Virus record (IMG/VR): IMGVR_UViG_3300007623_000010
Location: 1 to 54,142 of that record
Source of the DNA: a virus
Lineage: Duplodnaviria > Caudoviricetes
Length of the DNA: 54,142 bases
Direction: 5' to 3' (one strand)
Numbering within the stretch: the first letter of the stretch is position 1; each line of letters starts with the position of its first letter. Below are positions 7,942 to 17,927 of this stretch, in pieces. The notes beneath the pieces were generated by a model, which was given only the letters and a program-made list of their open reading frames with translations, was not told the origin of the DNA and searched no databases. The position numbers were made by a program, and so were the translations under genes.

Positions 7942-9537
7942 ATGAAGAAGTTTGAAGCAACTTGGCGCGACGGTTTTAAGTTTTACGAAAGATACTACGA
8001 TACTGATCTAAACCGTTCAATGCATCGTGTAATTAATCTCCCATACGAGTGGTACGAACCATCAAGCACCGGACTTTATTCATATATTCTTGATGACTCA
8101 ATTAAGCTTGACAAAAAGCAAGGTAATGCTAAGCAAGGCCGTGATCATTACGGTTTTCTTGATCCAATGTACCGTAACATTCGTGATAATTACTGGAACA
8201 AAGATGCTTACAATCTTAAGCCACGTGTTTGGTATCTAGATATTGAAACGCGTGTTGGTACGTGTAGCACTGGTTTTCCTGTTCCCGAGAAAGCAGCAGA
8301 ACCTATATCTTTGATCCAGATCTTTGATTCTGAAACTGACGCGGTTATTATGCTTGGCGTACGTGAATGGAAACATCAGAATTCATACGATTTTGAATAC
8401 CCAGTAAAATACATCAAATGTGATGATGAAATCCATCTAATCGAAACATACCTAAAACTATTCCAAGCAATGAACCCGTTAATCATCTACGCTTGGAACG
8501 GCTTAGGATTCGATTATCCTTACATTTACAATCGTCTCAAAAATCTTGGCATGGATACTAATAAACTTAGTAACTATGGTGGTGTATCGTATTCAGAAAG
8601 CGAATTCCAAGGCCGTCTTGAATTTAAATTTAACGCTAATGGCCACTTCTATATTGATTTGATGAATGTTTACAAAAAGTTTGTATTCAGTCCTCGTCCA
8701 TCATATTCGTTGGACTCTATTGCTGAAATTGAACTAGGTGAAAACAAAGTTGATCACTCCGAGTATTCAGGGTTTGACGACTTTTACACCGGTAAATACA
8801 ACATTCCAGAAAATCCAAACGAAAAACAGTTGAACTCAGCAATCTATAAAGAAGCGATCGCTGGCAATATAGAAGAAGTAAAAGAATTAGCACACTCTGA
8901 ATTCTGTTACTACGGCTATAAAGATCCATTGCTTATTAAAAAGATCGACGACAAACAGAACTTTACAGCTCTTATGCTTATGATTGCTGAAAAAATGGGT
9001 GTACAAATTGGTGACAGTACAGGAACGGTAAAGCCGTGGTCACAGTATATCCTTAATAAATCAATGATGAATATGCAGGTAATGCCTCCACGTACGGAAA
9101 ACGATTCACCCCACGTTGTTGGCGGTTATGTACGTGATCCGAATAAAGGTAAACACAAATGGGTAATATCTGCCGACGTTAACTCAATGTATCCTCTTCT
9201 TGGAATGGTTGGTTTCAATATGAGTCCTGAAACTTATGTTGAAAAATATAACCTTCCTCCAGAACTTAGAGATATTGTACTCGCTAAGTTTAATGACCAA
9301 GATGAAGAAAAACGATTAAATATGGATGAATCAATTTGGAATGCAACTACCGAATTGTTGAACAAACATAATCTTGCACTAGGTATCAATGGTGCGGTAT
9401 TTAAGAAAGATAAGATTGGCATGGTTCCTGAAATGGTGCAAGACATCTATGATTCAAGGAAACAAGCTAAGAAAACGATGTTCAAATATCAACAGCAAAA
9501 AATCAAAATCAATGAGTTAATTAAGGAAAAATCATGA
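7942..9537 (+). CDS. 43A: Family B DNA polymerase, N-terminal part (gp43A: exonuclease and palm motif A)
   Basis: YLDIET (ExoI), WNGLGFDYPY (ExoII), SYSLD, YGYKD (ExoIII), GGYV, DVNSMYP (motif A). Ends in the fingers helix RKQAKK. Confidence 0.93.
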   Translation: MKKFEATWRDGFKFYERYYDTDLNRSMHRVINLPYEWYEPSSTGLYSYILDDSIKLDKKQGNAKQGRDHYGFLDPMYRNIRDNYWNKDAYNLKPRVWYLDIETRVGTCSTGFPVPEKAAEPISLIQIFDSETDAVIMLGVREWKHQNSYDFEYPVKYIKCDDEIHLIETYLKLFQAMNPLIIYAWNGLGFDYPYIYNRLKNLGMDTNKLSNYGGVSYSESEFQGRLEFKFNANGHFYIDLMNVYKKFVFSPRPSYSLDSIAEIELGENKVDHSEYSGFDDFYTGKYNIPENPNEKQLNSAIYKEAIAGNIEEVKELAHSEFCYYGYKDPLLIKKIDDKQNFTALMLMIAEKMGVQIGDSTGTVKPWSQYILNKSMMNMQVMPPRTENDSPHVVGGYVRDPNKGKHKWVISADVNSMYPLLGMVGFNMSPETYVEKYNLPPELRDIVLAKFNDQDEEKRLNMDESIWNATTELLNKHNLALGINGAVFKKDKIGMVPEMVQDIYDSRKQAKKTMFKYQQQKIKINELIKEKS

Positions 9538-9824
9538 AAATTGTAGAAAATGGCAAAGTAGCAGTAGCAGTTAGTTATGGCTTTGGCGCAGGATGGAGTA
9601 CATGGAACAGCGTCTCTCCATTTGATGCGCAGTTTAATCAACTCTTTTTAGAAGGTCGTCACGAAGAAGCAGTTCTATTGGCTGATCGCCACGGGCATGT
9701 TTCTGATGGAATTTTTGATATTGAGATCGTATGGGTACCAGAAGGAACTGAATTTTTCATCCGCGAAGATGACGGTGCAGAATCAATTCACTTTAAACAG
9801 GACATCCCATGGCAAGTGGCGTAA
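9534..9824 (+). CDS. Conserved phage hypothetical protein inserted between the polymerase halves
   Basis: VAVAVSYGFGAGWSTWN motif and EDDGAESI; ATGA overlap and AAGGA RBS. Confidence 0.7.
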   Translation: MKIVENGKVAVAVSYGFGAGWSTWNSVSPFDAQFNQLFLEGRHEEAVLLADRHGHVSDGIFDIEIVWVPEGTEFFIREDDGAESIHFKQDIPWQVA

Positions 9825-10027
9825 ATGAAATAACGTCTAAGACTTGCAAAACTTGTGGTAAAACGAAAGAATTAAAAAAGTTTTATCACAAGTTCAAACA
9901 TGAAAAGTTGCAGTGTTGTGCACATTGTAAAGATTGCTGTAAAGTTTTGCGTCAGCAGAAAGAAACAAAGCAAATTAAGCAAGTACTAGGTATAATATCT
10001 AATATGAATTTAGAAGGACGACTATGA
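9809..10027 (+). CDS. Zinc-finger protein, possibly a homing endonuclease remnant
   Basis: CKTCGKTKELKKFY..CKDC resembles the N-terminal Zn module of HNH/EndoVII-type homing nucleases. No nuclease domain follows. Confidence 0.5.
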   Translation: MASGVNEITSKTCKTCGKTKELKKFYHKFKHEKLQCCAHCKDCCKVLRQQKETKQIKQVLGIISNMNLEGRL

Positions 10028-11142
10028 AAGACCCATTAGATTATACAGACGATGAACTAAACGCAATGTCAGTCGACGAACTAAAACAACTTGCACAAGA
10101 AGCAGAATACAAAGAAGGACTCTTCAATACGAGACAGCTCGTTGAAAAGGTACTTATTAACTCACTTTATGGTGCTCTTGCGAATAAGTACTTTCCACTA
10201 TTCAATGAACAAATGGCAGCTGCTATCACCGGTAATGGTAGATACTTTATTCAAAAGCTAGCTAACTACATTGAGAATACACTTCAGGGTCTTCTACCGC
10301 AGGAAAAACCGTATATTGTTTATGGCGATACTGACTCAGTTTATTATCATGTTGAACCTTTCGTAGAAAAATACATTGAAAATAACCCTGGGCAAAGCAT
10401 TGATCACTATGTTACATGGGCTGATTCATTTGAACAAAAAGTAATCCAACCCGTTATTCAGAAAACAATTGACGATTTTGCTACTGAACTAAATGCATAT
10501 AACGTAGGTGCTATCGGCGCAGAACGTGAAATCATTGCTGATGCAGCAGTCTTTACAGCTAAGAAAAAGTACTATGCACGTGTTAGAGATTCAGAAGGTA
10601 CACGTTTCCCCGAGTCAGACCCTTACATTAAAGTTATGGGCCTTGAAATCGCTAAATCAAGTACTCCTACATGGGCTAAGAAAAAGCTTAAAGAAGCTAT
10701 TCCTCATATTCTTGATAAAGATGAAAATGATTTACGCGACTGGGTTAACGAAATTAAGCAAGAATTCATTACTACCAATCCAAACAATATCGCATTGATC
10801 GGTGGTGTATCCAATCTTAACTATGATCTTCAAAAAGATAAAGGTGTGCCAATTGGTTCTCGTGCTGCTTTAGTACATAATGATTATGTTCAAACTCATG
10901 GACTAGCAGAAAAGTATTCACCTATTCAAGCTGGCGATAAGTGTAAGCGTCTATTTTTACAACAACCCAATGTATTTAATAGCAACATTATTGCTTATAC
11001 AAATGATGCTTTCGTTAACGAAATTGATTGTATTGATTTTGATACAAACTTTGAAAAAGGTTTCTTATCGGCGTTGAAATTAATGGTTGAACCTTTGAAC
11101 TACGATCTTGAAAAAGAAACAGCGAATTTAGATGATTGGTAA
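10024..11142 (+). CDS. 43B: Family B DNA polymerase, C-terminal part (gp43B)
   Basis: KVLINSLYG (motif B), YGDTDS (motif C), KKKY, IKVMGLEIAKSSTP; C-terminus NLDDW. Confidence 0.93.
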   Translation: MKDPLDYTDDELNAMSVDELKQLAQEAEYKEGLFNTRQLVEKVLINSLYGALANKYFPLFNEQMAAAITGNGRYFIQKLANYIENTLQGLLPQEKPYIVYGDTDSVYYHVEPFVEKYIENNPGQSIDHYVTWADSFEQKVIQPVIQKTIDDFATELNAYNVGAIGAEREIIADAAVFTAKKKYYARVRDSEGTRFPESDPYIKVMGLEIAKSSTPTWAKKKLKEAIPHILDKDENDLRDWVNEIKQEFITTNPNNIALIGGVSNLNYDLQKDKGVPIGSRAALVHNDYVQTHGLAEKYSPIQAGDKCKRLFLQQPNVFNSNIIAYTNDAFVNEIDCIDFDTNFEKGFLSALKLMVEPLNYDLEKETANLDDW

Positions 11143-11147
11143 AAAAA

Positions 11148-11354
11148 ATGAAAATTAACGATGAAGAAATTACAGATATTGTTATTGATAGTTTATCAGA
11201 TTTGTTAGAATCACTTGAAAATGACATTAAAGATCTTATCACTTTTACTGCAGGCTCAGATCACGTACCAGGAGACGTTGTGGCTTCACTCCAATTATTG
11301 ACAAAAAAGAGAAGCGCAGTCTCACAAGTTTTAAAATTGTACATGGCTGAATGA
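11148..11354 (+). CDS. Hypothetical protein
   Basis: Short ORF directly after the polymerase; start uncertain. Confidence 0.55.
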   Translation: MKINDEEITDIVIDSLSDLLESLENDIKDLITFTAGSDHVPGDVVASLQLLTKKRSAVSQVLKLYMAE

Positions 11355-11409
11355 ATGTTTAGCTTAAGTGTGGTATAATTGATAAATTACAACGAAAGGA
11401 CATGTTCTT

Positions 11410-11796
11410 ATGTTTAAAACAATGACCGGTGTGTTGGACCCTAAGAAAAATCCAAAACCAGAAGAAATTCAAAAGATTCCTTCGTACATTTTTTGTCAAT
11501 GGTTGGCAGGTAATCCTCACACAATTCTTGCCGCTAATCAGATCAATTACTACGATGACATTCCTATTGAATGCCAATACCAAATGATTAAAACTGTATT
11601 TGCTGGAAAAGTCAAATACATTCCATACGTTAAAGGAGCAACAATAGATAAACAAAAATCAATTGAATATGTTTCTAAACACTTCAAAATATCAGAAGAA
11701 AAGGCAAGAGAATATGTTGAATTGATTGATCCTGAAGAACTAGAAAACATCAAAAAAATCTATTCTGAATACGAATTGAAGAAAGGTAAATCATGA
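11410..11796 (+). CDS. 62: Clamp loader small subunit (gp62-like)
   Basis: Pattern YIFCQWL..ANQIN..QYQM..KYIPYVK..IEYVSKHFKISEEKAREY, typical of short gp62 proteins. Confidence 0.75.
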   Translation: MFKTMTGVLDPKKNPKPEEIQKIPSYIFCQWLAGNPHTILAANQINYYDDIPIECQYQMIKTVFAGKVKYIPYVKGATIDKQKSIEYVSKHFKISEEKAREYVELIDPEELENIKKIYSEYELKKGKS

Positions 11797-12722
11797 GTGA
11801 ATTAATCGTCGGAACACATAACGACTTAGACGCGCTAGGCTCAATGTTGAATATTGAATTCGCGTATCCTAATATTAAAAAGAAGTATTTTCACACAAAT
11901 TATGCGGACATTCCAAAATTTGTTGATGAAATGATTGTATATGCGCAACAGAACGGTATTAAAGGTTTTCTACTTCCTGACGTGTCGTTCTCTGATAATA
12001 AAGATTCACTACGAAAGCTATATAACGCTGGTAAAGTTGTTGTTATCGACCATCATATGTATCCTGAAGGATTTTGGGATGAGTTTCCAGAAATGACAAT
12101 TGTTCATGATAAAACAAAATCTGCAACTAAATTGTGCAATGAATATTTTAAAAATACTGGTAAAAATAAACATCTAGATCAATTAACGACAGTGATTGAT
12201 ATTTACGACATTTGGCAAAAAGATGAAAAGGCTTTTTCATTTTCACAAGATCTTAATGAATATTTTTGGCATAAAGTTCGTGCAACATCTATTGAAACTT
12301 TATTAAACGAGATCGTTGATGTTGATTACAATCTGCCAAGTGATTTTACCGGTGTCGTCCAAAACATCAAAGAAACATACACTAAAGCGATGGATGAATA
12401 TGAAACACGTAAGTTGATTCATAGAAGTGGCGATATTACTATTTGTTTTATTGACGATTGGTTTAACCAAGTAATGTTGAAAGAACATGAAAATAATCAA
12501 AATTTCGTTATAGGAATTAATTCATATGGAATTACGCGTATCAGGATTAACCAAGACTCGCCGTATAGTGTTGAGCAAATTAATAAGCTAAGATTGGCTC
12601 TTACCGGAAATGCAGAATACGGACACCTACATGCTTTTACGTATAAAGTTGATAATGGACTTGACAATCTGATGAAAGAAGCGCAAAGAATCGTCGAATC
12701 TATAAACAGTATTAAGGAGTAG
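11793..12722 (+). CDS. DHH-family phosphoesterase
   Basis: HNDLDA, PDVS, IDHH, SATKL, DIYDIW, GHLHA. Confidence 0.8.
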   Translation: MSELIVGTHNDLDALGSMLNIEFAYPNIKKKYFHTNYADIPKFVDEMIVYAQQNGIKGFLLPDVSFSDNKDSLRKLYNAGKVVVIDHHMYPEGFWDEFPEMTIVHDKTKSATKLCNEYFKNTGKNKHLDQLTTVIDIYDIWQKDEKAFSFSQDLNEYFWHKVRATSIETLLNEIVDVDYNLPSDFTGVVQNIKETYTKAMDEYETRKLIHRSGDITICFIDDWFNQVMLKEHENNQNFVIGINSYGITRIRINQDSPYSVEQINKLRLALTGNAEYGHLHAFTYKVDNGLDNLMKEAQRIVESINSIKE

Positions 12723-12724
12723 CA

Positions 12725-12895
12725 ATGTGGGCAATTTGGGCTAAAGCTCTTGGTAGCAAGGCTTATGAAGATGATAAATCTGCAGACAAAGTTGCTATAA
12801 TTCGGAGTGTTATTGTTGTTTTTGAACTTTTAGTCGGAGTTTTTATTATTTTGAATGCAATTGCTAACCACGGTGTAAGTTTACTTGGTTTTTAA
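12725..12895 (+). CDS. Small membrane protein, 56 aa (not in ORF track)
   Basis: MWAIWAKALGSKAYEDDKSADKVAIIRSVIVVFELLVGVFIILNAIANHGVSLLGF with an AAGGAG RBS. Confidence 0.7.
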   Translation: MWAIWAKALGSKAYEDDKSADKVAIIRSVIVVFELLVGVFIILNAIANHGVSLLGF

Positions 12896-12943
12896 ACAAT
12901 TATTTGATATAATACTACAAATCGAAATTATTGAAGGAATGTT

Positions 12944-14503
12944 ATGAACGAATTCGAACCTATACTCTTGAAAAAACTTACGCATAATGGCGAATTCTTT
13001 GGCAAGGTTATGCCTATTCTCAAGAGCAAATATTTTGTTGATATTGGCAACAAAGAGTTGTTTAAACTAGTCAAAGAATATTATAGCGAATATCGTAACA
13101 TCCCTTCATTGACTGAACTTGTTGCTAAAGTTAAAAACGTTAGTAATGCAGAAATTCGTGCAGAAATTATTAAATCGTTGCAATCACTAAACGCAACAGA
13201 CGAAGTTCAGAATATCGATTTTATGTGTGATGAAACTGTACAATGGGTTAAAGACGCCATGTACATGGAATCACTTCAGATCGGTTCAGATGGTCTGATG
13301 AAAAAAGACGATGCGCTAAAACTAAAAGCAAAGGCCATTATGGAAGACATGGCTAAGGTCAGTATTGATAGTGATCTTGGACTTGACTTTGACGATATTG
13401 ATTCAATGATCGAATATTATTCTGAACGACATACTGGTATCAAGACTGCGCACAAGGAACTAAACTATCGTCTTGGACCGGGTTTCTTGCCCGGTACGTT
13501 ATCAGTTATTTTGGCAGCTTCTGGCGTAGGTAAATCATTGTTGATGACTGATCTTATTTCAGGTATGATTAAGAAAGGTAAAAATTGTCTATTGATTTCG
13601 CTAGAAATGGCGGATAAAGAAATCATGAAACGTGTTCATGCTAACGCAATGGATTTGCCTATTAACTCATTGATTGATTTGTCTAAAACCAAAGGTGAAC
13701 TTGACAAAATTACTGATCGACCTATTCTAGACAAAGAACAAATTTTATCCGCATACAATCGAATGAAAACAAGTGGTGATTGTGGTAAGTTCTTCGTTAA
13801 AGATTATCCTTCTGGTAGTTTTTCACCGCTGATGCTTGAACAATTGGTTGAGTCTTTTAAAATCGAAAAGAATATTGAATTTGACATTGTTTTCGTTGAC
13901 TATCTTGGCATTATGAAATCGGATCTATTGTCTCCAGCGGCAGGTCTATATTCTTACATCAAATCAATTGCTGAAGAAACTCGTGCAGTTGCTAAGAAAC
14001 TTCAATTACCAATTATCTCAGCGTCTCAGTTGAATCGTTCAGCAACTAATAATATCGATGATGCAGATAACTCAAACGTATCTGATTCCATGGGTACTGT
14101 TATGACTGCTGACTTTATGATGTTTCTTCTTCAAAATGAAGAAATGAAGGAAAAGAAAGAAATCGTTTGTAAAATTACAAAGAACCGTTTTGCTGGTCGC
14201 ACTGATACATGGATGATGAATATCGATTATGAACACATGCGTTTCAGTGATATGCTTATACAGAATGCTGGTACAGATATGAGCAATCTTGATGTAAGTA
14301 CAACACTTGGAATTAATGATAATAATATCAATGACGATTTTGGAATCATTACTGCAGAAAAACAAGAAAAGGCAGAAGCATTTGCTAATCAAGAAGTGAA
14401 AGATATTGTTCGTGAAGATGTTGTAAAAGTTATTGAATCCGATAAAAAGAAAGATCCTTTTGCTAACGACATCGATGATATTTTTAAAGAATTAGGAATT
14501 TAA
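12944..14503 (+). CDS. 41: Replicative DnaB-like helicase (gp41)
   Basis: AASGVGKS, ISLEM, VFVDYLGIM, SASQLNR, SDSMG..TADFM, KNRF. Confidence 0.93.
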   Translation: MNEFEPILLKKLTHNGEFFGKVMPILKSKYFVDIGNKELFKLVKEYYSEYRNIPSLTELVAKVKNVSNAEIRAEIIKSLQSLNATDEVQNIDFMCDETVQWVKDAMYMESLQIGSDGLMKKDDALKLKAKAIMEDMAKVSIDSDLGLDFDDIDSMIEYYSERHTGIKTAHKELNYRLGPGFLPGTLSVILAASGVGKSLLMTDLISGMIKKGKNCLLISLEMADKEIMKRVHANAMDLPINSLIDLSKTKGELDKITDRPILDKEQILSAYNRMKTSGDCGKFFVKDYPSGSFSPLMLEQLVESFKIEKNIEFDIVFVDYLGIMKSDLLSPAAGLYSYIKSIAEETRAVAKKLQLPIISASQLNRSATNNIDDADNSNVSDSMGTVMTADFMMFLLQNEEMKEKKEIVCKITKNRFAGRTDTWMMNIDYEHMRFSDMLIQNAGTDMSNLDVSTTLGINDNNINDDFGIITAEKQEKAEAFANQEVKDIVREDVVKVIESDKKKDPFANDIDDIFKELGI

Positions 14504-14504
14504 T

Positions 14505-14939
14505 ATGCAAGAAATAAAAGAACCAGAAGTAACAGCGTTTGTCGGTGTATCATTCGGAAATCATGTAATATATAATGTTGTTGAGCGAGAAGGAGAATTT
14601 GAATATACTGGAATGAGTATTATTCATTTTCTCAAAAGCGACAAAAACGCGTTTGCAGCTCGAATAGTTGAGAGCCAGAATTATCAATCAATCAAGGTTA
14701 TTCTAGATGACTCTGTTGTTTTTGGCGAAAGAAATCTATACGCAGATTCTAATATCGATTCATTTACTAGTGTATATAACCATATGCACACCGCAGGTGG
14801 CAGTGATTATTACTATATTTACGATATTATTAAAGACATCATTTATATTAAAACACCTGAGATGAGCCGTGTAATTGCTGTTGACTTTCATTCAAGTTTA
14901 GATGTTAGAAAATTTATAAATAAAATTAAAACTAACTAA
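14505..14939 (+). CDS. Hypothetical protein
   Basis: ORF immediately after the helicase. Confidence 0.6.
   Translation: MQEIKEPEVTAFVGVSFGNHVIYNVVEREGEFEYTGMSIIHFLKSDKNAFAARIVESQNYQSIKVILDDSVVFGERNLYADSNIDSFTSVYNHMHTAGGSDYYYIYDIIKDIIYIKTPEMSRVIAVDFHSSLDVRKFINKIKTN
14915..14922 (+). promoter_or_regulatory. T4-type late promoter
   Basis: TATAAATA 28 nt upstream of the ATG at 14950. Confidence 0.75.
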
Positions 14940-14949
14940 GGAATTACGT

Positions 14950-15681
14950 ATGGGCTCTTTCAAATCGTTTCTTGCAGAGAATGAAGATTTATTTCAACAG
15001 ATTACCGATATTTTAGATGAATTGTCTGAAGATGAAATTGACGAATTAGGATATGTGTTATATAGTGACTTCTTCACAGATACAGATGATGTAGAAGACG
15101 ACGAAGATATTCAAGAATTCAGTAAAGAAGACGTCATTGACATGATTAAGGAACTAGGTCCTGATATGTACGAAGCAATTCTTGAGATGCTCGAAGATGA
15201 TGATGAAGACGATGATGATGAAGACGACGATGATGAAGACGACGATGATGATGAAGACATGGATGAATCTTCTCCTCTAGAAATGATTAAAAAATTCCTA
15301 GGAAAGAAAATTTTCCATAAAAATTATCAAGCTGCTCTCGAAATGATGAAGAAAACTGGTAGATCAGCAGCTGATATTGCTCGTGTTTTTGATCATGTAG
15401 ATGCACGTGAACTTGACAAACTAGCGACTCAAATGAACGAAGCTGTTTCAAGATTCATGAAAGCTCGTAACATGAATAAGAAAAAACGAAAATTTATGTC
15501 AACGTCAAAGGCTGAACTACGTAGAACCAAAGCACAACGTCGCCGAGATGCTCGCAAAAATAAAGCAAAGGCTAGAAGATATTACAAAGCAAATAAAGCC
15601 AAAATCGCTAAATATCAGAAATCAAGAAGTGATGCTATAAAGAAAGGCAAACATAAAGTTAAGAAAAGACGCAACGCTTAA
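14950..15681 (+). CDS. Putative prohead core/internal protein with acidic N-half and very basic C-terminus
   Basis: MGSFKSFLAE start, poly-D/E tract, K/R-rich last ~75 aa; late promoter upstream. Confidence 0.7.
   Translation: MGSFKSFLAENEDLFQQITDILDELSEDEIDELGYVLYSDFFTDTDDVEDDEDIQEFSKEDVIDMIKELGPDMYEAILEMLEDDDEDDDDEDDDDEDDDDDEDMDESSPLEMIKKFLGKKIFHKNYQAALEMMKKTGRSAADIARVFDHVDARELDKLATQMNEAVSRFMKARNMNKKKRKFMSTSKAELRRTKAQRRRDARKNKAKARRYYKANKAKIAKYQKSRSDAIKKGKHKVKKRRNA
15195..15258 (+). repeat. GAY/GAA low-complexity repeat encoding poly-Asp/Glu
   Basis: Iterated GATGATGAAGAC-type units. Confidence 0.8.
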
Positions 15682-15751
15682 CCTGTTTAAACGCTTAAAG
15701 CGGCTTTAAGACAATAATAAATACATTAAAGCCGCACATAAGGAAATAAAA

Positions 15752-15967
15752 TTGTTTGAATTATACTTTAAAGAAATCCTAGAAAACACAGATGTACTTT
15801 ATTATAATTATAGAGGGATTTCAAAAAAGGAATACCCAAAGTGGGAAGGTTGGAAAATCATAGCTCAATATAAAGAATTGAACTATGACATTAAAGAAAT
15901 ACAAGACGAAAAATTGGATACATTAGTAAAAAATTTTTATTACATCAAATATCTCGAAGAAGGTTAA
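15752..15967 (+). CDS. Hypothetical protein
   Basis: TTG start with AAGGA RBS; convergent with the terminase. Confidence 0.55.
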   Translation: MFELYFKEILENTDVLYYNYRGISKKEYPKWEGWKIIAQYKELNYDIKEIQDEKLDTLVKNFYYIKYLEEG

Positions 15968-17784
15968 TTAAACTCTTCAATAATTGGATGACCGTTCCAA
16001 AACTTTTGCTCTTTCCCAAAAAACTCTTCGTCTGCGCCATCATCAAAAGAGCCGATTGTTAGCATTTCACTAAAATTAGTTCTATCTTCTTCAGATAATT
16101 CGTTTTCATCAGTGTAAAGATTTTTGACTAGCTTTTTCATATCTTCGAAGTTTCTAGTGTTAGTAAACGGCGCAAACACTAGAGCCAACGACATAATCAT
16201 ATCGTCATGGCAGCCATCGTCTGCTTGATATTTTCCGTTGTGAAGAATGAATGTAAAAAATTCATTAATGGTTGATTTATCATTAATTTCCAGCTTATCG
16301 TTCTCAATGAACAATTTCATTGTTTGTAATATTTGTTTACGTGTCTTAGGTGTTGTTCTAAAGCCTGGGTACTTTTTCTTTTTATTACGGCCGACATCTT
16401 TATCAAAATGTAAATTTTCATATTCATAAGTCTGATAAAGTTGGTCCGCAATCGATTGTCCAGCGCCTTCATTATTTTCAATTATTAAATACGCGTTATT
16501 GTAATCTTGTGCCCATTCATATATGAATTCAGGCATCAATAGATAATCAATTTGTATTTGTGCAGCCGCGACTTGTTTAAACGTAAAATCAGTGATGTCA
16601 ATAATCTGCACAGCAAAGGCATCATTACCATCTTTAGCTGCATCAATTGACATGATATAGTTATGTCCCCTTTCGGGGTAATGATAAATTTTTAGTTTAC
16701 CGTCTCTAATTTCATGCAGTTCACCTTCACCCATTAATTGAAGCTTGTTGGCGCTTATCAGCGTATAGGATGATCCTAAGAACTCATTCGCGTAGTTCTG
16801 ATTAAAGTAAACAATACCGTGTTTAGCAATAATCTTTTCTTGGAATTCTTCAGGCTTCATTTGAGAACCATCAGGGTTGTATCTCGGCACATCTTTCCAA
16901 TCAACTTCGTAAATGTTCATACCATTTACGCCGTCTCTAGCACCTTTAACCATTTGATAAAAATGGTTCATACCGTTAGCTGTACTCAGAATAATATTTT
17001 TCTTCCAAGCAAGACCAGATTGTGATGGGAAAATAGAATCTGCGAACTCTTCCCAAACAGTTGGCCGAATAAACGCACACTCATCTACGACGAGAATAGC
17101 GATAGTATAACCACGGAAAGCATCTGAGTTTGGAACATCTGTTAGAATGCGCATTTTAGATTCGTTTTCTATTGAACCTTTATTCCACATATTGGTGCCT
17201 TGCTGCATCCAGATTGGAAGTTCAATAAGAATATTCTTAGTATTAGCCAAGAATTCTCTTGCCTGAGCGCCTTTGTTACCTACTATACCAATATTAATGT
17301 CTTTACCGAAATTAAATACCCATGCTAAGTAAATCGCTGTACTGATTGACTTACCAGATTGACGACCCATTAATCCGATGTTATCTTCATTTTCGTCTGG
17401 TATAATGCTGTTGATGAACTCATCTTGATATGGGCGAATGTCAGGAAAGTTTACGCCGGATTTTGTTTTGATTTTAATGTAGTTATCTTTGAAATAGTGA
17501 ATGTCACTTGCACATTTTTCCATTTCTTCGATATGTATAGGAGATAACGGAAGCTTTGTGAAAGGCTTTTTAAGTCGTCGGTTGCCATTAAATGAAATTC
17601 TATTCTGATAAGAATCTAAATAATATTGTTCATTGTCTTTTTCTAGATCTAAAATATCAATCGCTATTTGTTTACCTTCGTTGCCTTGACTGCGTAACTC
17701 AGCAAGCAACTCAGATGTTACTTCAGACTTATTAGATCGAAGATGCTCAATCACATCATCAGTAAAAATTTTCTTAATAGACAT
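15964..17784 (-). CDS. 17: Terminase large subunit (gp17)
   Basis: YQ adenine motif, GRQSGKS, VVDECAF, STANGMNHFY, FNQNYANEF, SIDAAKDGND, IENNEGAG, HDDMIMSL. Confidence 0.95.
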   Translation of the reverse strand: MSIKKIFTDDVIEHLRSNKSEVTSELLAELRSQGNEGKQIAIDILDLEKDNEQYYLDSYQNRISFNGNRRLKKPFTKLPLSPIHIEEMEKCASDIHYFKDNYIKIKTKSGVNFPDIRPYQDEFINSIIPDENEDNIGLMGRQSGKSISTAIYLAWVFNFGKDINIGIVGNKGAQAREFLANTKNILIELPIWMQQGTNMWNKGSIENESKMRILTDVPNSDAFRGYTIAILVVDECAFIRPTVWEEFADSIFPSQSGLAWKKNIILSTANGMNHFYQMVKGARDGVNGMNIYEVDWKDVPRYNPDGSQMKPEEFQEKIIAKHGIVYFNQNYANEFLGSSYTLISANKLQLMGEGELHEIRDGKLKIYHYPERGHNYIMSIDAAKDGNDAFAVQIIDITDFTFKQVAAAQIQIDYLLMPEFIYEWAQDYNNAYLIIENNEGAGQSIADQLYQTYEYENLHFDKDVGRNKKKKYPGFRTTPKTRKQILQTMKLFIENDKLEINDKSTINEFFTFILHNGKYQADDGCHDDMIMSLALVFAPFTNTRNFEDMKKLVKNLYTDENELSEEDRTNFSEMLTIGSFDDGADEEFFGKEQKFWNGHPIIEEFN

Positions 17785-17816
17785 ATCTTTCCTTTAGTCA
17801 TCTCTATATTATTGAG

Positions 17817-17824
17817 TATTTATA
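17817..17824 (-). promoter_or_regulatory. Late promoter for the terminase
   Basis: TATTTATA on the + strand, i.e. TATAAATA on the - strand. Confidence 0.75.
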
Positions 17825-17845
17825 ATGAAAAAAATTGCAAAAAAG

Positions 17846-17875
17846 GTTTACTTTTCAGAAAAACCGTGGTAGAAT
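17846..17875 (+). promoter_or_regulatory. Early-type promoter
   Basis: A-tract, GTTTAC at 17846, TGG-TAGAAT at 17870, then ACATCTAT. Confidence 0.7.
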
Positions 17876-17927
17876 ACATCTATAGAATGAAAAAGGTTTA
17901 TATGCCGACAAAAATTCGGAGAAAACG

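Noticed and set aside
9534-10027. Group I intron or intein in the polymerase
   Set aside because: gp43A has a stop codon, gp43B has its own RBS and ATG, the gap is fully coding, and no splicing motifs were recognised.
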